This document shows positions 58,105-64,000 of a stretch of 64,000 bases of DNA, in pieces. Where the stretch lies: NCBI GenBank assembly GCA_011050615.1, contig DRFJ01000053.1, forward strand, positions 16,029-80,028, in the 5' to 3' direction. The stretch's first letter is position 1. Each line of letters starts with the position of its first letter. Made by a program: the position numbers and the translations under genes. Origin of the DNA: Bacteroidota bacterium. Lineage in GTDB: Bacteria > Bacteroidota > Bacteroidia > Bacteroidales > VadinHA17. Under the pieces are notes generated by a model. It saw nothing but the letters and a program-made list of their open reading frames with translations, had not been told where the DNA came from and did no database searches.

Positions 58105-59820
58105 ATGCTGATAACTATAGAAGTAAACAGTAAGAAACTGAAGGCTGAAAAGGGAGAGACAATTCTCAACGCCCTGAACAGGAATGGTATAAATATACCC
58201 ACTCTCTGTCGCCTCAGGGATCTTACACCAACAGGAGCATGCAGGATATGTGTGGTTGAGGTGGAAGGTGAGGATATGCTTGTCACAGCATGCTCTGAAC
58301 CTGTAAGGGAATGGATGAAGATAGAAACTCATTCCCCCAGGGTTATCAGAGCGAGAAAGGCCATAGTTGAGTTGCTGCTGTCAAATCATCCTGACAATTG
58401 CCTTTATTGCGACAGAAATCTTAACTGCGAATTACAGAGAATAGCCAGTGAACTCAATATCCGGGAACGCAGATTAAGTGGCAAAAAAATGACTCTCAAG
58501 CTGGACCAGTCCAGTCCTGCCATAACAAGAGAATTGTCAAAATGTATCCTATGTGGCCGATGTGTTCGTATATGTGAGGAAGTGGTGAAAGTAAATACCC
58601 TGGATTTTATTGGAAAGGGAAGGGCCATACATATAGGTACCGCAATGGATAAGGATTTTAATTTCTCAAGTTGTATACATTGTGGTCAGTGTCTTAATGT
58701 ATGCCCTACCGGTGCCCTTCATGAAAAATACAATATAGGAGAGGTCCAGGATTATCTTACAAAGAAAGATACACTGAAGGTAATTCAGTTTTCTCCACTC
58801 GTGGCCTTCTCGCTTGCCCGGGAGATGGGCTTAAAATATTCTCAGAACTTTGATAAAAAGCTGAATGAGGCGCTTTACCGGATAGGATTTGACAGGGTTT
58901 ATTGCACAGGTTTTGGTTCTGATATAATGATAAATGAACTGACGGAAATGCTGGAAAATAACAAAACCGGTAAATTGAATGATACTATATATACATCGCA
59001 TTGCCCTGCCTGGGTAAAATATGCAGAACAATTTATGCCCGGTATTCTTGAAAAGCTATCTGGATTGAAATCGCCTCAACAAATTACAGGAGCAGTAATT
59101 AAAGCACTGGTCCCCGGTATCGAGGCAGTAAACCCCGAAAATATATATTCTGTATCAGCTACCCTTTGTACGGCGGCCAAATATGAAGCCCGACGGGATG
59201 CGATGACCAGGAAGGGAATAAGTGACATAGAAACCATACTTACAGTGCGTGAACTGGCGCAGCTTCTAAGGCTTTACGGTATAAATATGGATGTGCTTGA
59301 TGGAAGGAATGTTGATGAACCAATGAACCTTGCCAGTTTCTCGGCATTAATGACCGAGATTTCCGGGGGCCTGACCGAGTCAGTTGTAAAAATTATTGCT
59401 CAGAATAATGGCATAGAGCTCTCTTCCTCTGATATGAGAAAATTAAGAGCAGCAGGTGATTTCAGGGAATTGATGGTAAGAGCAGGTGAGCATGAGTATA
59501 ACTTTGCAGTCATTGATGGTCTTGCAGGCCTGGATATGCTCAGGAGTAAAATGCGATCGGTCCATTATGACATGGTTGAAATAATGGTCTGCCAGTCAGG
59601 TTGCGTGAATGGAGGCGGAGTTAACAGTGATGAGAATGGTGAGTCGGTCAGAGACCGTCTTAAGATGATATACAAAAGTGAAGAAAATTCTGCCATTAAA
59701 ATGCCAGTGGATAATCCGGCAGTTAGAAATTTTTATGAAAAATGGCTTCCGCTTGATAAAGACATATCAGATAAAAAGATATTCAGAAACAAATATTCAA
59801 AAAAGGACGTCCTTCTATGA
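58105..59820 (+). CDS. hydA: [FeFe]-hydrogenase large (H-cluster) subunit, M3-type architecture, with non-canonical H-cluster motifs
   Basis: 571 aa. N-terminal [2Fe-2S] ligands (C35..C46..C49..C63), HPDNCLYCDRNLNC, CILCGRCVRIC and CIHCGQCLNVCP. The H-domain reads TSHCPAW (H299-C300), KSPQQ, TLCTAAKYE (C355) and EIMVCQSGCVNGGG (C496, C500). Confidence 0.8.
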   Translation: MLITIEVNSKKLKAEKGETILNALNRNGINIPTLCRLRDLTPTGACRICVVEVEGEDMLVTACSEPVREWMKIETHSPRVIRARKAIVELLLSNHPDNCLYCDRNLNCELQRIASELNIRERRLSGKKMTLKLDQSSPAITRELSKCILCGRCVRICEEVVKVNTLDFIGKGRAIHIGTAMDKDFNFSSCIHCGQCLNVCPTGALHEKYNIGEVQDYLTKKDTLKVIQFSPLVAFSLAREMGLKYSQNFDKKLNEALYRIGFDRVYCTGFGSDIMINELTEMLENNKTGKLNDTIYTSHCPAWVKYAEQFMPGILEKLSGLKSPQQITGAVIKALVPGIEAVNPENIYSVSATLCTAAKYEARRDAMTRKGISDIETILTVRELAQLLRLYGINMDVLDGRNVDEPMNLASFSALMTEISGGLTESVVKIIAQNNGIELSSSDMRKLRAAGDFRELMVRAGEHEYNFAVIDGLAGLDMLRSKMRSVHYDMVEIMVCQSGCVNGGGVNSDENGESVRDRLKMIYKSEENSAIKMPVDNPAVRNFYEKWLPLDKDISDKKIFRNKYSKKDVLL

Positions 59821-61802
59821 ATTCGCTCGGGAGGAACAGGCAATTGGTTTATACACGCAGGGAACTTTGCAGGACATGCTATACATGTGTGAGGGAGTGT
59901 CCGGCCAAAGCTATAAGGATAGAAAACGGACAGGCAGAGGTAATACATGAAAGGTGTATTGCGTGTGGAAATTGCACCAAGGTTTGCAGCCAGGGAGCAA
60001 AAGTCTTTATGTGGACAAAGGATATAGTGGGGGAAATACTCAGATCAGGAAATACTGCAGCGATAATAGCACCGAGCTTTCCTGCAGAATTCAACGACCT
60101 CCCGGACCACAGGATCCTTGTTTCAATGATAAGGACCCTGGGCTTCAGTTATGTAAGTGAGGTTGCCTTTGGCGCTGATCTTGTAGCCGACCGCTACCGT
60201 CGGCTACTGAATAATTCCGAAGGGAAGTATTATATTTCCTCTGACTGCCCTTCAATATCAAGATTTATTAAATACTATCATCCTAACCTGGCGGCTAACC
60301 TGGCCCCGGTGGTTTCTCCGATGGTAGCGATGACCAGGGCCATGAGGAAGCTGCACGGGAAGGACCTTAAAATTGTATTCATAGGGCCCTGTGTGGCTAA
60401 AAAAGATGAGAGTACAGAGGTTGATGAGGCAATTACTTTTACTGAACTGAGAAGCATGTTGGCAGACAAAGGCATAAGCCCGGAGAATGTTGAACCAACT
60501 GAATTTGACCCTCCCCTGGGAGGTAAAGGTGCTATTTTCCCTGTAGCCAGGGGCTTGCTTCAGACAGCAGGTATTAATGATGATGCCGTTTCAGGAAATA
60601 TAATAGCTGCTGAAGGAAGAACAGCCTTCCAGGAGGCCATTAAAGAATTTGAGGAAGGCCAGATTCATGACCAGCACCTTGAACTGCTCTGTTGTAAGGG
60701 TTGTGTTATGGGACCAGGATTTACCGACCGCGGAAAATATTACAACCGCAGAGCTCATGTAAGCAGCTATGCCCGTAAAAAACTCGAGTCAACGGATCAT
60801 GGGCAATGGAAGGAATATTTCATCAGAATGAATGATCTTGACCTGTCAGTTAAGCATGAACCGGATGACAGGAGACTTGAAAGCCCCGGAAATATTGAGA
60901 TTGAAAATGTCCTGAGACTGATGGGAAAAACCAGTATCAAAGATCATCTGAATTGTGGTGCTTGTGGATATGAGACATGTATTGAACATGCTGTTGCAAT
61001 AAGCAAGGGCCTGGCCGAGGTGGAGATGTGCCTGCCATTTACAATAGAACAGTTACACAATTCTGTAAATGATCTGGCTCTTTCCAATGAAAAGCTGAGT
61101 TCAATGAAGCAGGCGCTCAGACAATCAGAAAAGCTTGCCCACATGGGTCAGCTATCTGCAGGTATAGCTCACGAACTGAATAATCCTCTTGGCGTGGTAA
61201 TTATGTACAGTAATATTTTACTGGAAGAATGTGCAGAAGATGATCCTTTAAGGGATGATCTGAACCTGATAACCGAGCAGGCGGCCAGATGTAAAAAAAT
61301 TGTATCAGGTCTGCTCAATTTTGCAAGGAAGAGCCAGGTAAACCATGATTATACCAACCTGAACGAAGTCGTTAAGCAAAGCCTTGAGTCCCTTATAATA
61401 CCCGAAGGCATTGATTTAATAACGGAGGATAGATCGGATAATCCTTCTGCCATGATGGATAGCGAACAGATGATACAGCTTATCTCGAACCTGGTTAAAA
61501 ACTCGGTGGATGCAATGAAGGGAAGGGGGAAGGTGAAAATTACCCTGGAGGATACCGATAAAAACGTCAAAATGAAGATATGGGATGACGGACCCGGCAT
61601 AGACGAAGATAAAAGAGAAAAGATATTTGAGCCATTCTTTACTACCAAGGAGACAGGTAGCGGAACCGGACTTGGGCTGGCAACTGCCTATGGTATAGTG
61701 AAGATGCATAAGGGCCAGATAAAGGTCGATTCAAACAGCAATCCGGGAAAAGGCCCTACATGGACACAATTTATTATAAGCATACCAAGGACAAATGAAT
61801 AA
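59817..61802 (+). CDS. sensory-type [FeFe]-hydrogenase homolog fused to a histidine kinase (HisKA + HATPase_c)
   Basis: 661 aa. N-terminal ferredoxin motifs ([23 protein letters not shown]). H-domain variant motifs ISSDCP (D143-C144), GPCVAKKDE and [12 protein letters not shown]. Extra motif CGACGYETC, a coiled coil, H-box [13 protein letters not shown], and N/G boxes ([21 protein letters not shown]). ATGA overlap with the hydA stop. Confidence 0.8.
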   Translation: MNSLGRNRQLVYTRRELCRTCYTCVRECPAKAIRIENGQAEVIHERCIACGNCTKVCSQGAKVFMWTKDIVGEILRSGNTAAIIAPSFPAEFNDLPDHRILVSMIRTLGFSYVSEVAFGADLVADRYRRLLNNSEGKYYISSDCPSISRFIKYYHPNLAANLAPVVSPMVAMTRAMRKLHGKDLKIVFIGPCVAKKDESTEVDEAITFTELRSMLADKGISPENVEPTEFDPPLGGKGAIFPVARGLLQTAGINDDAVSGNIIAAEGRTAFQEAIKEFEEGQIHDQHLELLCCKGCVMGPGFTDRGKYYNRRAHVSSYARKKLESTDHGQWKEYFIRMNDLDLSVKHEPDDRRLESPGNIEIENVLRLMGKTSIKDHLNCGACGYETCIEHAVAISKGLAEVEMCLPFTIEQLHNSVNDLALSNEKLSSMKQALRQSEKLAHMGQLSAGIAHELNNPLGVVIMYSNILLEECAEDDPLRDDLNLITEQAARCKKIVSGLLNFARKSQVNHDYTNLNEVVKQSLESLIIPEGIDLITEDRSDNPSAMMDSEQMIQLISNLVKNSVDAMKGRGKVKITLEDTDKNVKMKIWDDGPGIDEDKREKIFEPFFTTKETGSGTGLGLATAYGIVKMHKGQIKVDSNSNPGKGPTWTQFIISIPRTNE

Positions 61803-62187
61803 AAAGAAGACAGTTTTTGTTGTTGATGATGATCCGGATTACCTTTTTCAAACGGTAGTCCACCTTGAAAAAGCAGGGTATAATGTGATAAGTGCTGTTA
61901 GTCAGAAAGAGGCAGAGGATATTATAGATACTGTAAAACCGGATATTGCACTGCTTGACCTCATGATGGAACAGGATGACAGTGGTTTTATACTTTGTTA
62001 TAAACTGAAGAAAAAATATCCGGACCTTCCTGTAATAATTGCTACCTCTGTTTCTAAGGAAACAGGCCTGTCTTTCGGCCTGGATTCAGAGGAGGAAAGA
62101 AGGTGGATAAAGGCAGATGCTTACCTTGAAAAGGGAGTAAGAGCTGAACAGCTAAACGATGAAATTAAACGCCTGTTAAAAATATGA
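61795..62187 (+). CDS. single-domain response regulator (REC only)
   Basis: 130 aa. DDD at 11-13, phosphoacceptor in ALLDLMM, IIATS, and conserved Lys in YLEKG. 8-nt overlap with the preceding kinase gene. Confidence 0.85.
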   Translation: MNKKKTVFVVDDDPDYLFQTVVHLEKAGYNVISAVSQKEAEDIIDTVKPDIALLDLMMEQDDSGFILCYKLKKKYPDLPVIIATSVSKETGLSFGLDSEEERRWIKADAYLEKGVRAEQLNDEIKRLLKI

Positions 62188-62188
62188 G

Positions 62189-63322
62189 ATGGCTGAATTA
62201 AAGGTATTGATAGTGGATGATGAAGCCGGAATCAGATCTGGCGTCAGCAGGATATTGAACAGGTTCCGGGTTACATATCCTTTTATGGATGAAGCCTATA
62301 CCTATAAGGTGCTTGAGGCTGAGACAGGTGAAAAGGGCCTTGAGATAATAGACAGTGAACAGCCGGATATAGTGTTGCTGGATAATAAGCTGCCCGGAAT
62401 TTCCGGCGTTGAAGTACTTGACTATATTAAGCAGAAAAATTATGACATTGTTGTAGCAATGATTACCTCATATGCATCGCTCGACGTGGCATTGAGGGCT
62501 ACAAGGGACGGGGCCACCGATTTTATACCCAAACCCTTCACACCGCAGGAACTTAAATCCTCGATTGAGAATATAACAAAGCAGCAATATCTTAAAAGGA
62601 TAACAAGCAGGATGAAGGAGGAAGGGAAAAAGATCCGGTTCCGGTTCCTGTCGGTTCTGTCGCATGAGCTTAAGTCACCACTGAATGCGGTGGAAGGCTA
62701 TCTGAATATGATGAGAGACAGGGAGGCTGGGAACGATATAAACGATTATGCTGAGATGATTGAAAGATCAATACAGCGTATCCAGGGAATGCGTACCCTG
62801 ATTATGGATCTGTTGGATTTTACCAAGATAAAACTGGAAGTGAAGAAAGATAAAGTGGTTGAATTAGATCCTGCCTTGCTTATGACACAATGTGTAGAAA
62901 CAATAAATCCACTTGCCATACAGAAAGATGTCTCAATAGTAATTGAAAAAAAATCAGATGTTATTATTTCAGCCGATGAAGAGGATATGAACATCATTTT
63001 CAATAATCTGCTTTCAAATGCGGTAAAATATAATAAAGAGGGAGGACAGGTTGTTATCACAATCGACAGGGAAGGGAACGATGCCGTAATGGAAGTGAAG
63101 GACACTGGTATTGGAATCAGCAGTGAAGACCAGCAGGTTCTGTTTAATGAGTTCGTGCGTATTAAAAATGATAAAACACGTAATATTGCCGGAAGCGGAC
63201 TGGGTTTGTCGATCGTGAAAAAGATTGCGGATTTGTATCAGGGTTCGATAACAGTTGCTAGCAGGCCTGATGAAGGAAGTGTTTTTAAATTGAAACTTCC
63301 AGTAAGGCAGGAAAAAGAATGA
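62189..63322 (+). CDS. hybrid REC - HisKA - HATPase_c histidine kinase
   Basis: 377 aa. N-terminal receiver (VDDE, LLDNKLPG, FIPKPF). H-box LSHELKSPLNAV. N/G boxes (LLSNAVKYN, DTGIGI, GSGLGLS). No TM segment or sensor domain. Confidence 0.85.
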   Translation: MAELKVLIVDDEAGIRSGVSRILNRFRVTYPFMDEAYTYKVLEAETGEKGLEIIDSEQPDIVLLDNKLPGISGVEVLDYIKQKNYDIVVAMITSYASLDVALRATRDGATDFIPKPFTPQELKSSIENITKQQYLKRITSRMKEEGKKIRFRFLSVLSHELKSPLNAVEGYLNMMRDREAGNDINDYAEMIERSIQRIQGMRTLIMDLLDFTKIKLEVKKDKVVELDPALLMTQCVETINPLAIQKDVSIVIEKKSDVIISADEEDMNIIFNNLLSNAVKYNKEGGQVVITIDREGNDAVMEVKDTGIGISSEDQQVLFNEFVRIKNDKTRNIAGSGLGLSIVKKIADLYQGSITVASRPDEGSVFKLKLPVRQEKE

Positions 63323-63331
63323 TAATCATTC

Positions 63332-63359
63332 TATTGTTTATATTTGTATAGTTTACAAA
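63332..63359 (+). promoter_or_regulatory. rex promoter-like element: same 17-mer as upstream of hydC, overlapping inverted repeat TTTGTA-N5-TACAAA
   Basis: The 17-mer TATTGTTTATATTTGTA (63332-63348) includes a TAnnTTTG -7 box 23 nt before the rex ATG. The palindrome arms lie at 63343-63348 and 63354-63359. Confidence 0.4.
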
Positions 63360-63368
63360 ATCATAAGG

Positions 63369-63989
63369 ATGAAAAAACTACCAGGAAAAACTGTTGAAAG
63401 GCTGAGTGGTTACCGCAGGAACCTTCTGGGCTACCTGGCTGCTGGTAATAACTACATATATTCCCATGAACTGGCTGCCCTGTTGCATATAACTGCAGTG
63501 CAGGTAAGAAGAGACCTGATGCTCATAGGGTATTCGAGTGTTCAGAAAAAAGGTTATGATGTAAAGGAGCTTATAGATACTATTGGTACGATAATTGATT
63601 CCGAACAAGGCCAGAATATTGCAGTAATAGGTATAGGAAACCTTGGACGTGCCATAACTTCCTACTTCAAGGGCAAAAGATCCAAGCTCAATATTGTTGC
63701 TGCATTCGACAATGATCCCCAGAAAGTTAACAGGGTAATAGCAGGAGTCAGATGCTATCCCGTTGAAAAGATGGAGCATATTATAAACGAACAGAATATT
63801 ACCATTGCTTTACTGACAATACCTCCCGATTTTGCCCGACCTGTCGCTGATGCAGCAATAAGGGCCGGGATAAAAGGCATACTAAACTTTACAACTGTTC
63901 CCCTGAATGTACCACTAAATGTCTATCTTGAAGAGTATGACATGATTACATCAATTGAGAAAGTCGCATATTTTGTGAAAGAAGGATAA
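63369..63989 (+). CDS. rex: redox-sensing transcriptional repressor Rex
   Basis: 206 aa. N-terminal winged-helix RLSGYRRNL...SHELAALLHITAVQVRRDL and Rossmann motif VIGIGNLGRA. Confidence 0.9.
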   Translation: MKKLPGKTVERLSGYRRNLLGYLAAGNNYIYSHELAALLHITAVQVRRDLMLIGYSSVQKKGYDVKELIDTIGTIIDSEQGQNIAVIGIGNLGRAITSYFKGKRSKLNIVAAFDNDPQKVNRVIAGVRCYPVEKMEHIINEQNITIALLTIPPDFARPVADAAIRAGIKGILNFTTVPLNVPLNVYLEEYDMITSIEKVAYFVKEG

Positions 63990-64000
63990 GGACAAGAGCA

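Overview
This 64-kb chromosomal window looks like it comes from an anaerobic Bacteroidota (Bacteroidales-like) genome. Supporting signs are rpoC followed by DUF3467, an S46 peptidase, TAnnTTTG-type promoter boxes, T9SS/FlgD-like Ig modules, tight gene packing, and about 40% GC. I call about 55 CDS. By eye I found no rRNA, tRNA, CRISPR array or transposase.

Gene content, left to right:
- rpoC 3' end and housekeeping genes (kdsC, maf, UbiA-type prenyltransferase, S46 dipeptidyl-peptidase).
- A glycyl-radical enzyme pair that reads as trans-4-hydroxy-L-proline dehydratase HypD plus its activase, followed by an M24B Xaa-Pro peptidase.
- Malic enzyme and a thioredoxin/glutaredoxin/GroES-like operon.
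- A ROK kinase, MFS transporter and mannose-6-P isomerase cluster.
- Two modules of TAT-exported Gfo/Idh/MocA oxidoreductases with DUF1080 proteins.
- A five-gene synthase-type exopolysaccharide locus: REC-only regulator, TPR+YaiO porin, SPOR-TM-HEAT protein, processive GT2, and a convergent GH-like protein.
- A PAPS-synthesis block (cysQ-cysD-cysNC) next to ugd and a UDP-glucuronate epimerase.
- A Cys/Thr-type proline-racemase homolog (trans-3-hydroxyproline dehydratase type).

The most interesting region is 52.2-64.0 kb, an [FeFe]-hydrogenase island. A HydC/HydB/HydA-type operon has a catalytic subunit that reads TSHCP instead of the canonical TSCCP. It is flanked by two paralogous sensory-type hydrogenase homologs with different outputs. 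One is PAS-linked and sits next to a SpoIIE/PP2C phosphatase. The other is fused directly to a histidine kinase. A REC-only protein, a REC-histidine kinase hybrid and Rex follow.

All calls rest on reading the ORF translations and DNA by eye. No database search was run.
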